From NCBI GenBank assembly GCA_964578175.1, contig CAZOBH010000003.1, positions 10,159 through 74,158 on the forward strand: a DNA stretch of 64,000 nucleotides, written 5' to 3'. The notes beneath the pieces were generated by a model. That model did no database searches. It was not told the DNA's origin and was given only the letters and a program-made list of their open reading frames with translations. Below are positions 39,646 to 47,881 of the stretch, piece by piece (the stretch's first letter is position 1; the number at the start of each line of letters is the position of its first letter). The translations under genes and the position numbers were made by a program. The stretch comes from an uncultured Clostridium sp. GTDB lineage: Bacteria; Bacillota_I; Bacilli_A; RF39; UBA660.

Positions 39646-39768
39646 TTCTTTTTTATTTATAATAAAAAATACATATACTACATTTTGAACTTTTGATTTT
39701 AATATGAAGTTACATTTATTAATATTATTATGTCATTAATTACAAAATTTTTACCTATAAAATAAAAA

Positions 39769-39788
39769 CTCTAACTAAATAGTTAGAG
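39769..39788. other. Perfect 8-bp stem hairpin (CTCTAACT-aaat-AGTTAGAG)
   Basis: Read directly from the sequence. It lies downstream of the 213-aa gene, but no T-tract follows it. Confidence 0.4.
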
Positions 39789-39945
39789 CAAATATTCTAA
39801 TGGCACGTGTCAAAATTGTGTAGAACGACTCGTACGCATAAATACTAAGTAGTAATAAGATTACTAACTAAAATAATTTTATAATGAAAACGTTAAAAAC
39901 AAATATTAATATTTGTTGGAATTCGTACAAAAGTTTGTAATATTG

Positions 39946-39975
39946 TTAGCATTTTACTAAGATGTATGTTATAAT
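39946..39975 (+). promoter_or_regulatory. Sigma-A type promoter with an extended -10 (TTAGCA, 18-nt spacer, TGtTATAAT)
   Basis: Read directly: tgtTATAAT at 39967-39975. It lies upstream of a ~320-nt leader. Confidence 0.5.
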
Positions 39976-39981
39976 CTAAGA

Positions 39982-40293
39982 GGAAAAATTTAATTGGACA
40001 CAAAAAAACCATGTGTTCACATGATTTTTCTAAGAACTAGGTAGCTACCAACTACCTCAATAAAGCAATAGAATAAAAACAAGCAAGACTATAGTGCTTA
40101 AAAGTGATTCTACCAAAATCACCTATCTTATTCTACATTTTAATGATACAGCAAATTTCTTTCTGTGTCAATGACGATTATGATAGCATAAGTAAAGCAC
40201 GTTAGTCAAGTTCTAATGGAAGGGGGTAACGTGTTTTTTATTGTAATTTGTGTAGTTGGTACTCCTAAAAAATATAATGAAAGGAGTAATAAT
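39982..40293 (+). ncRNA. Structured 5' leader or candidate riboswitch/attenuator. It ends in a terminator-like hairpin (CACGTTA...TAACGTG plus U6) that abuts the RBS of the 40294 gene.
   Basis: Several local hairpins (CATGTG/CACATG; GGTAG/CTACC; GTGAT/ATCAC). GC-richer than the surroundings. Intrinsic-terminator geometry at 40197-40240. Confidence 0.4.
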
Positions 40294-40953
40294 ATGCATA
40301 ATTTATTAGATTTAATCAAAACAACAGACGAGTACATAACTTATTTAAAAAAACATAATTTCAAATTTGATGAAAACGGTTTTCCAATATTTAAAGAAGA
40401 TATGTTCTTAAAAGAAACACCTGAGTTAATTGTTCCCTACTCTAATAGAAATGATAAAAGAGTAAAGAATAAAGAGAAAACATTGTTATGTACATTTGCC
40501 CCAGATCAAAGAATATATCCAAGAATTAAAAATATATTTAAAGAAATTGATGTATATAAGCAATATCTTGGAGTTGCTACTGCAGACATAACTGTTACAG
40601 ATGATATGGATAAAGAGTGGCAAGAATTAATAATATTATTAAATCAGTTATATGGTGCAGTATTAGCGGTAAACGGAATAAAAATAGTACTTAACACTCG
40701 TATTGGTAGTTCGATTAATATTAGACTATATAAATATTTACCTAAAAATATAATATGTATTTCAAGTTTCTTAGGATGTAAAAAAGAAAATAAATATGAC
40801 TACTCATATTTATCTAAAATCTTAAATTTCTTACCATCTAAGCTTTTAATTTATGGTAAAGAAGATAAAAATGTAAATGCTATGCTAGATAACACGGGAA
40901 TCAATTATAAATATTACAACGATTTTCATAAATTAAGTAAAGGAGTGGTATAA
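40294..40953 (+). CDS. Hypothetical protein (220 aa). Start at MHNLLDL, which is preceded by AAAGGAG.
   Basis: Clear RBS. The longer listed ORF would begin inside the terminator hairpin. Confidence 0.5.
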   Translation: MHNLLDLIKTTDEYITYLKKHNFKFDENGFPIFKEDMFLKETPELIVPYSNRNDKRVKNKEKTLLCTFAPDQRIYPRIKNIFKEIDVYKQYLGVATADITVTDDMDKEWQELIILLNQLYGAVLAVNGIKIVLNTRIGSSINIRLYKYLPKNIICISSFLGCKKENKYDYSYLSKILNFLPSKLLIYGKEDKNVNAMLDNTGINYKYYNDFHKLSKGVV

Positions 40954-40955
40954 TA

Positions 40956-41324
40956 ATGGCAGATAGCAAAGAAAAATATTCTGATAGTTCCAGTAATTAT
41001 ATAAACAAAACAGTTCCATATTCAGAAGAAGCAAAACATAATTATAATGTTAGCAAAAAGAAAGAGGAAAAATATAACGTTGAATGGAGTAAAAATAAAG
41101 TTAACATCAATGAGGTAGTAGATAAATTCGCTCCAAATTCAGAAGGTCATGTTGAAGGATATAAATATGTATTTGAAGGTGAAAGATACCAAATTATAGC
41201 AGATATGGTAGCAGGATCACTTAGAATAAAAGATAAAAAAACAAATCAACATGTCAAATTAGATGGAAAGCCTGGAAGTAGGAGTGAAACACATTTAAAA
41301 ATTAAAAAGAGAGGTGAAATGTAA
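40956..41324 (+). CDS. Hypothetical small protein (122 aa)
   Basis: ORF coupled 2 nt after the previous gene. Confidence 0.4.
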   Translation: MADSKEKYSDSSSNYINKTVPYSEEAKHNYNVSKKKEEKYNVEWSKNKVNINEVVDKFAPNSEGHVEGYKYVFEGERYQIIADMVAGSLRIKDKKTNQHVKLDGKPGSRSETHLKIKKRGEM

Positions 41325-41664
41325 ATTGTATTTAGCTTTATACTTAAAAAAACCAGAGATAGAACCTGGTTATTATCCAAAGATTGATAAAAAATATATT
41401 AAAGAATATAGAAATGGAACATTAGAGCAGTCTTTAAAATTAGGAGATTTTTTCTTAAATAATATTGATGAAGAATGCGATGTTTTAGTAGGTCCTTACG
41501 AATATGATTATTGGGATTCAAAGCAATGTAAAAAAATAGTCGATTGGATAGAAAAAAATCAAGATAAAATTAAAGAAGCAGAATTAGATGATTTCTTTAA
41601 AGTGATAACTGATTATTGTAAACAGGCTGTTGAATTAGATACTGGTGTAGAAATTGACTTATAA
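41314..41664 (+). CDS. Hypothetical small acidic protein (116 aa), immunity-protein-like composition
   Basis: Overlapping or tightly packed ORF. W/Y/D-rich core (YEYDYWD). Confidence 0.35.
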   Translation: MKCKLYLALYLKKPEIEPGYYPKIDKKYIKEYRNGTLEQSLKLGDFFLNNIDEECDVLVGPYEYDYWDSKQCKKIVDWIEKNQDKIKEAELDDFFKVITDYCKQAVELDTGVEIDL

Positions 41665-42054
41665 TTGAAAAGTAGTTATAAACTATTAGGGGTGTTTTGG
41701 GATAATTTACAAACTACAAACACAGTATCTTATTTAGATAGCAATAATTTTATTAATGAATTAGATGATGATTATAATATATTTGATATGAATAAAATTA
41801 GAAAAATTAATATTTCAAATATCCTTCAAGTAGAAAATACAACTGATTTAGAAGCGCTTATTATTAAAATGAAAAAACATGAATCAATACTAATAAATAT
41901 TGATTATATTCCATCTAACAATAATAAAATTTTAAATAAACTATATTATAAGAGAATTAATCAAATATATAATTATTTTTCTAATCGTTTAAAAAATACA
42001 AAAATTTATTTATCAAGCAATTATAAATTTTATTTAGAAAATCAAGATGCATGA
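41665..42054 (+). CDS. Hypothetical small protein (129 aa)
   Basis: Starts at the stop of the previous gene. Confidence 0.35.
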   Translation: MKSSYKLLGVFWDNLQTTNTVSYLDSNNFINELDDDYNIFDMNKIRKINISNILQVENTTDLEALIIKMKKHESILINIDYIPSNNNKILNKLYYKRINQIYNYFSNRLKNTKIYLSSNYKFYLENQDA

Positions 42055-42080
42055 TATTGAAATCATGCATCTTTTATTTG
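42046..42080 (+). terminator. Terminator of the small-gene operon
   Basis: GATGCATGAT-attgaa-ATCATGCATC 10-bp perfect stem followed by TTTTATTT. The stop codon sits inside the stem. Confidence 0.7.
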
Positions 42081-42114
42081 TCCATATATATCTAATTTTA
42101 TTTTTTTAAATTTA

Positions 42115-42150
42115 AGCATAAAAAATCTAACTCCTTTCTTGAAGTTAGAA
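42115..42150 (-). terminator. Terminator downstream of tRNA-Trp
   Basis: TCTAACT-tcaagaaagg-AGTTAGA stem followed by U6 on the minus strand. Confidence 0.5.
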
Positions 42151-42188
42151 ATAATATTAAGTTCGAAAAGTTCGAACAGAATTACTCA

Positions 42189-42262
42189 TGGCAGGGGATG
42201 AGAGAATCGAACTCCCAACTAAAGTTTTGGAGACTCCTATTATACCATTTAACTAATCCCCT
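42189..42262 (-). tRNA. trnW: tRNA-Trp (anticodon CCA), CCA end encoded
   Basis: Hand-folded cloverleaf: acceptor AGGGGAT/ATCCCCT, D-arm GTTA/TAAT, anticodon loop CUCCAAA, T-arm GGGAG-TTCGATT-CTCTC, discriminator G, CCA. A TTGTAC-N17-TATAAT promoter lies 16 nt upstream. Confidence 0.85.
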
Positions 42263-42314
42263 AAAAATGTACATAAATATTATATCATAAATATATTTAT
42301 GTACAAGTCATATT

Positions 42315-44045
42315 TTATTTATTTTCTTCTTCTAATTTTCTGTAGTCTACTTTACCTATTAATGTTTTTGGTAAACTTTCTCTAAATTCAAATTCTTTTG
42401 GTATCATATATTTAGCTAAATTCTTTTCACAATATTCTTTAATTTCACGTTTGATCTTAGAATTAACTTTTACACCATCTTTTAATACTATATATGCTTT
42501 AGGTACTTGTACTTTATATGGATGAGGTATTCCTACTACACAACAATTAAGTACATATTCATTTTTATTAATTACATCTTCTAAATGTGATGGGAATACA
42601 TTGTATCCAGATACGATTATTAATCTTTTTAATCTTTGGACAAAGAATAATACTCCATCTTCATTAATATAACCTAAATCACCTGTATGAACCCAAATAT
42701 TACCTTTTTTATCTTTTTCTAATATATCATTAGTTTCTTTTTCATTATTTAAATATCCAAGCATTACAGATGGTCCACTTACAAGAATCTCACCTGTTTC
42801 ATTAGGTTTTAACTCTTTATGAGTATTTGGATCAATTATTTTTAAATCATTACCAACAAGCGGAATTCCAACACTACCTAAAACATCTGACCCAAGTGCT
42901 GCAAATATTACTCCTCCTGATGCTTCAGTAAGTCCATATCCTTGTACAATATTATGCTTACAGTTATGTGCTTTTAAGAACTCATTAACTGCTTTATTTC
43001 TTTCTGGTGTTAAAGTATCTCCACCTGAAACTATATATTTAACTTTTGAAAAATCAACTTTATCCATGTGTTTATTACTTATTAATGCTTCAAATAAAGT
43101 AGGCACTCCTGGAATGATAGTTGGCTTATATTTTGTTAGTAATTTATCAAATCTACCAGCATCAAACTTAGGAACTAAAATAACAGTTGCACCAACACAT
43201 AATGGATAATGGATACATTCTACTAATCCAAATGCATGGAAAAGAGGTAGGATGGATAACATTGAATCTGTTCTATCAACTTCAGGTAAAGATATTTTAG
43301 CTTGACCAACAACTACATTAATATTTCCATTTGATAATAATATATGTTTTGGTGTACCACTAGTTCCACCACTATGCATAATTACTGCAGGTTGATCTTT
43401 TGTAGTATTAACTATAACTTGAGTATCATAATCTTTTCCTTGTTCAATAAAATCATTCCAATAAATAAACTTTTCACTACTTTTTGGTATTTTTGTTTTT
43501 CTATCTTCTAAAATATAATATCCAAGTCCCATTATTCCTGGCATAGAATCTTTTGCAGAGACTATAACAGTTTTATATACATTTGTTTCTTCAACTACAT
43601 GTTTTACTTTAGAATAAGTTATATTCATTGTTATTAATAAAACACTTTTAGTTTCATTTAATGAATATCTTATTTCCTCTTCTGCAGATAATGGATGGAT
43701 AAGATTTGCAATAGCCCCTATTTTACTAACAGCATACAATGATACAACAGCTTCTGGAGTATTTGCCATACATATACTTACAACATCACCAGGTCTTATT
43801 CCGTTAGTTCTTAATGCTTTCGCACAATTATCTATTTCAGAGAAGAAATCTCTATATGTTATTTTGTTTCCAAAATAGTTTATAGCAATACTATCCATAT
43901 TACCAATATTATTCTTTTTCAAGAACTCATATAATGACATATTTGGATAGTCTATTTTTCTTTTATCTTTGGGATAGAACTTCATCCATCTTTTATTATT
44001 GTCATTAAAACTTAATCTATCTTTAATTTCATCTATTATTTTCAT
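42315..44045 (-). CDS. AMP-dependent synthetase/ligase (acyl-CoA / fatty-acid-CoA ligase type)
   Basis: SGGTSGTPK (A3), GYGLTE (A5), TGDLG (A7). Confidence 0.8.
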   Translation of the reverse strand: MKIIDEIKDRLSFNDNNKRWMKFYPKDKRKIDYPNMSLYEFLKKNNIGNMDSIAINYFGNKITYRDFFSEIDNCAKALRTNGIRPGDVVSICMANTPEAVVSLYAVSKIGAIANLIHPLSAEEEIRYSLNETKSVLLITMNITYSKVKHVVEETNVYKTVIVSAKDSMPGIMGLGYYILEDRKTKIPKSSEKFIYWNDFIEQGKDYDTQVIVNTTKDQPAVIMHSGGTSGTPKHILLSNGNINVVVGQAKISLPEVDRTDSMLSILPLFHAFGLVECIHYPLCVGATVILVPKFDAGRFDKLLTKYKPTIIPGVPTLFEALISNKHMDKVDFSKVKYIVSGGDTLTPERNKAVNEFLKAHNCKHNIVQGYGLTEASGGVIFAALGSDVLGSVGIPLVGNDLKIIDPNTHKELKPNETGEILVSGPSVMLGYLNNEKETNDILEKDKKGNIWVHTGDLGYINEDGVLFFVQRLKRLIIVSGYNVFPSHLEDVINKNEYVLNCCVVGIPHPYKVQVPKAYIVLKDGVKVNSKIKREIKEYCEKNLAKYMIPKEFEFRESLPKTLIGKVDYRKLEEENK

Positions 44046-44085
44046 ATGTTCTCCTTTTTAAACAATTGTTGAATAAAATACACTT

Positions 44086-44130
44086 ATATTATATAATTTG
44101 CTTATAAGCATAATCAATATGCAATTATTT
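44086..44130. promoter_or_regulatory. Candidate TetR operator: perfect 12-bp palindrome TGCTTATAAGCA in the divergent intergenic region
   Basis: Palindrome read directly. It sits between the divergent TetR gene and the acyl-CoA ligase gene. A second near-palindrome, AAACAAAAATTTTAATTTTGTTT, is at ~44148-44171. Confidence 0.35.
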
Positions 44131-44185
44131 AAATTATGTTAGTTATTAAACAAAAATTTTAATTTTGTTTAAAAAAGGAGTATTT

Positions 44186-44758
44186 ATGGATAGAAGAGTT
44201 AAATATACAAAGAAAGTTATCGAAGATACATTTTTGAGTCTACTAGAAAAAAAAGATATATCTAAGATAAGTATTACTGAAATATGTGAAATAGCAGATG
44301 TTAACAGAGCTACATTTTATAGATACTATTTAGATATTAATGATTTATTAAAAAAAATAGAAGAAGAATTTGCATATGAATTAAAGACTTCTGATCCATT
44401 AGAGAACTTATCTGATCAATCAGTATTTTCGTTTACAAAAGGAATCCTTTCTATTTTAAAAAAGAATAAAAAATTAGTAAGAATACTATTCAATACTAAT
44501 CATAATTTATATTTTTTGAATGATGTATTAGAAATAGCTTATGATAAATGTATTGAAAAATGGGAATTAGATTTAGAGATAGAAGATCAAGATGAAGTAA
44601 CTTATGCTGTTATATTTGTATTTAATGGTGCTTTAGGGATTATTAATTATTGGGTAAAAGAAGACTTTAATGAAGATGTTGAAGAACTTGCTAAAAGAAT
44701 AGAAAAATTAACTATATATGGTGCCAAGAAGTTTGTACATAATAAAGGAAATGTTTAA
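44186..44758 (+). CDS. TetR/AcrR family transcriptional regulator. Start at MDRRVKY, which is preceded by AAGGAG.
   Basis: HTH SITEICEIADVNRATFYRYY. Confidence 0.8.
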   Translation: MDRRVKYTKKVIEDTFLSLLEKKDISKISITEICEIADVNRATFYRYYLDINDLLKKIEEEFAYELKTSDPLENLSDQSVFSFTKGILSILKKNKKLVRILFNTNHNLYFLNDVLEIAYDKCIEKWELDLEIEDQDEVTYAVIFVFNGALGIINYWVKEDFNEDVEELAKRIEKLTIYGAKKFVHNKGNV

Positions 44759-45696
44759 TCCACATTCCCTATTATTTCTTCAATATTATCATATTCATTA
44801 TCTTCATTAATTATTCTTAATCTATACAAATCACATTCATCATAATTACAATTAAATACTTTACTCATATCATAATTATCTAATAAAGAAATATTAAATA
44901 CTTTATATTCTTCATTTCTTATTATTAATATATTTAAGTCATAATCAGATATTAAATAATCTTTTAAATCTTTATTATTATCATCAATATTTTTAAGTAT
45001 TTCTTCATCATTTATATTTATATTATTACAATCAACATAATAATATGAGTATTGGCTATATTTATTCATCCATGATATAAATATAGGAATAAAGTTATAT
45101 GAATTAACAGACATATTTTTATTTAATATTAAGACTATAGCATTTTTATCATTCATTTTTAAATTGATATATTCATCGATTGATAATTGATTTATAGCAG
45201 TTAATTTACTTATTTGAGCACTCTTATAATCAACATCACTTATCTTATTCTTTATATTAATTATTTTATCTATCTCATCTTCTGATATGTCTTTTAATTT
45301 ATTTTCCTTCATATAATCTATTATTTCTTTATATTTATAATATTTTTTAGTTACAGTAGTTTTAGAATTATCATAAGAAATAATCATTCTATATGAATTT
45401 ATATCTAATACTTTATAATCAATATTTAAACATTTTAAATATATTTTATTACTATCAAGAATATAATTATAATCACAATTATCTAACTTTTTATCTGAGC
45501 TTTTTATTTTACCATTAACAAACTCTAAAGTTGAACCATCTTCCTCACTATACCAAACTAATCCATTTATTTTTGATGGAAGATCATTATTAACATTTAT
45601 TTGTTCATCTATTATATATATTTTTACGTAAGTTATTATAGATATAATAAATAATATATATAAAATTATTCTAAAAGCTCTACTTTCTCTAATCAT
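44755..45696 (-). CDS. Membrane-anchored hypothetical protein
   Basis: N-terminal TM. N/D/Y-rich. Confidence 0.4.
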   Translation of the reverse strand: MIRESRAFRIILYILFIISIITYVKIYIIDEQINVNNDLPSKINGLVWYSEEDGSTLEFVNGKIKSSDKKLDNCDYNYILDSNKIYLKCLNIDYKVLDINSYRMIISYDNSKTTVTKKYYKYKEIIDYMKENKLKDISEDEIDKIINIKNKISDVDYKSAQISKLTAINQLSIDEYINLKMNDKNAIVLILNKNMSVNSYNFIPIFISWMNKYSQYSYYYVDCNNININDEEILKNIDDNNKDLKDYLISDYDLNILIIRNEEYKVFNISLLDNYDMSKVFNCNYDECDLYRLRIINEDNEYDNIEEIIGNVD

Positions 45697-45744
45697 TCAA
45701 GTCACCTAACTGTATTATACTACAAATAAAAATAATGACCAATA

Positions 45745-46830
45745 TTAGCCATTATTTTTTGTTAATGTTACTTCAGTAGTTTTAATCTTACCATCTCTTA
45801 TATATGTTACTTTAATTTTATCTCCTACTTTATAACTATATAATACATATTTTAAATAAGCTTGATTCTCTATTTTTTCTTGTCCAATCATTGTTATTAC
45901 GTCACCTTTTTGAAGTCCTGAATTAGCAGCTCCACTATCTTTAATAACAGACATAACAACAACACCATATTCGATACTATCATCTACATCTATTCCATAC
46001 ATTTTTAAATAACCTTTATCACTTACATTAACTAATGTTATTCCAAGTAATGGTCTCTCAATAGATTCTCCTTTTTCAAATGTAGAAATATATGCCATTG
46101 CATCTTCTATTTTTATACAGAATCCCATATTTTCAATACTATTATCAACTAATTTCATTGAAGTAATACCTACTACTTGTCCATTACTATTTACAAGTGG
46201 TCCTCCACTATTACCAGAATTTATAGCTGTATCTACTTGGATAGCTTTCATTACCCAATCACTATTTGACTCTACACTTACAGTTATTTTTCTATCTAGG
46301 CCTGAAACAATACCTCTAGTTATAGTATTAAAATATTCTTCTCCAATAGGAGATCCAACTGCGAATATTGTATCTCCTAATTTTAAATCTGAACTTGAAC
46401 CTAATTCAGCTACTTCAAGAACTGAATTCTTATCAACTCTTACTACAGCTACATCTAAATACTTATCTCCACCAAGTACTTTAGCTTCAACTTCACTTTC
46501 ATCACTATAGTGTACAACTACCTTTTTTGCATTTTCAACAACGTGATAGTTAGTTAAAATATATCCATATTTATTATCTACTTTATATACAAATCCACTT
46601 CCAGAACCATAATAAGTATCATTTTTATAAAGTTTAATCATTACAACTGAATTATATATCTTATTAACAGCTTCTGATATTCCACTATTATCTGTAATAG
46701 TTACATTTCTATTTTCTATTACTCCAGTTTCAGCATCAAATTTGTATTTACTTGAAAAATAATACATTGATCCAGCACCTAATGCAAACACTACTATTAT
46801 TAATAATATATTTATTGCTTTACTTCTCAT
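45745..46830 (-). CDS. htrA: HtrA/DegP-family serine protease (trypsin-like domain plus PDZ)
   Basis: TNYHVV (His), D, GNSGGPLVN (Ser). N-terminal anchor. C-terminal PDZ. Confidence 0.85.
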   Translation of the reverse strand: MRSKAINILLIIVVFALGAGSMYYFSSKYKFDAETGVIENRNVTITDNSGISEAVNKIYNSVVMIKLYKNDTYYGSGSGFVYKVDNKYGYILTNYHVVENAKKVVVHYSDESEVEAKVLGGDKYLDVAVVRVDKNSVLEVAELGSSSDLKLGDTIFAVGSPIGEEYFNTITRGIVSGLDRKITVSVESNSDWVMKAIQVDTAINSGNSGGPLVNSNGQVVGITSMKLVDNSIENMGFCIKIEDAMAYISTFEKGESIERPLLGITLVNVSDKGYLKMYGIDVDDSIEYGVVVMSVIKDSGAANSGLQKGDVITMIGQEKIENQAYLKYVLYSYKVGDKIKVTYIRDGKIKTTEVTLTKNNG

Positions 46831-46834
46831 CTTT

Positions 46835-47782
46835 TTATTCCACCTCTATACTTGCAATATCTTTCCAATTTTCAGGGAATCCCATTCTGTCTAGGACATC
46901 ACTTATATCAATAGAATGAAGATTATATTCTAAATTATCTAGTCTGTTTTGAATTTCAATAATTAAATTCTTTACTTCATCTTGAGTTAACATTTGTTTT
47001 AAAATAATTATTAACGCAAATAAATCATTTTTACCATATATGTACTCATCATCCATCTTATCTATACCTAAAATTTTATGATAAATAGTATCATCTATAG
47101 ATCTTTTAGTTCTATTTTCAAACAATATATCTTCGTGTGCACAAAGATTTCGATAATTTGCAAGAATTGGTAAATAATTAACAAGCTCTTCATGATCTAT
47201 CCCATATATACTTGCAATACTTAATCTATCTTCTAATTTTAAAATAGAATACATTTCGCTAACAATACCAAATGATAGTACTTTAACTAAAACCCATAAT
47301 GGTATATAACCATAGTTAGTTATATAGTGACTAGTAGCCGAATGCTGTGTAGCATTAACTCTTATTTGTCTTTTCATTTTCTTAAGTAAATCATTGATTT
47401 GTTTTTGTTTACCAGGATCATTATCGAAGTTTTTGTTCTTTAAATAATCACTTTCTTTATATCCATATTTTTTAGATAATTGATAAGATATTATTGATTT
47501 AATATTATTTTCAATTATAAGTAAATTTTTAAAGATTATGTTACGAATTTGTCTATCAAATAAAAACAAACTATATAACTCTTCAAATGTTGAACCAGGT
47601 ATATACATTTTATTGTTTTTTGATTTCATGAACAAATGTCTATAACCACTTAAAAAGAAATAATTTTCTCTTAATAGAACATTTTTAGCATATTCTTCAT
47701 TTTCTATAGTGAGACCTTTAAATCTAAAGATTTCTATTTGTTCATCCAAGTTTACAAAGTGTTTTTCCCTCATTATTCTCAC
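46835..47782 (-). CDS. Abi_2 family (AbiD/AbiF-like) abortive-infection protein
   Basis: 315 aa. The N-terminus (EQIEIFRFKGLTIENEEYAKNVLLRENYFFLSGYRHLF) is typical of the Abi_2/AbiD1 family. Confidence 0.6.
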   Translation of the reverse strand: MRIMREKHFVNLDEQIEIFRFKGLTIENEEYAKNVLLRENYFFLSGYRHLFMKSKNNKMYIPGSTFEELYSLFLFDRQIRNIIFKNLLIIENNIKSIISYQLSKKYGYKESDYLKNKNFDNDPGKQKQINDLLKKMKRQIRVNATQHSATSHYITNYGYIPLWVLVKVLSFGIVSEMYSILKLEDRLSIASIYGIDHEELVNYLPILANYRNLCAHEDILFENRTKRSIDDTIYHKILGIDKMDDEYIYGKNDLFALIIILKQMLTQDEVKNLIIEIQNRLDNLEYNLHSIDISDVLDRMGFPENWKDIASIEVE

Positions 47783-47847
47783 CTATTAGAATTATAACAC
47801 AGAGTAAATCCTTTTGTATGAAATTTTAGTGAAATAATGTGAATTTA

Positions 47848-47880
47848 AATAAAAAAAATAAGTTAAATACAAACTTATTT
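47848..47880 (-). terminator. Terminator between the HD gene and the Abi gene
   Basis: AATAAGTT-tgtattt-AACTTATT hairpin followed by U-rich sequence on the minus strand. Confidence 0.55.
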
Positions 47881-47881
47881 T

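Noticed and set aside
39800-39850. Possible tRNA or other small RNA gene in the GC-richer patch (ggcacgtgtcaaaattgtgtagaacgactcgtacgcat)
   Set aside because: No cloverleaf could be folded and there is no T-loop GTTCGA/GGTTCRANYC motif on either strand. Interpreted as operator-like palindromes.
40216-40293. Longer version of the 40294 gene starting at MEGGNVFF (40216)
   Set aside because: That ATG lies inside the terminator hairpin and U-tract and has no RBS. The internal ATG at 40294 has an AAAGGAG Shine-Dalgarno sequence.
39982-40293. T-box riboswitch assignment for the leader
   Set aside because: Only a loose resemblance of GGGGGUAACGUG to the T-box AGGGUGGNACCGCG element. No recognisable specifier-loop/AGAGA context. 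The downstream genes are not aminoacylation or amino-acid related. Kept as an unclassified candidate leader instead.
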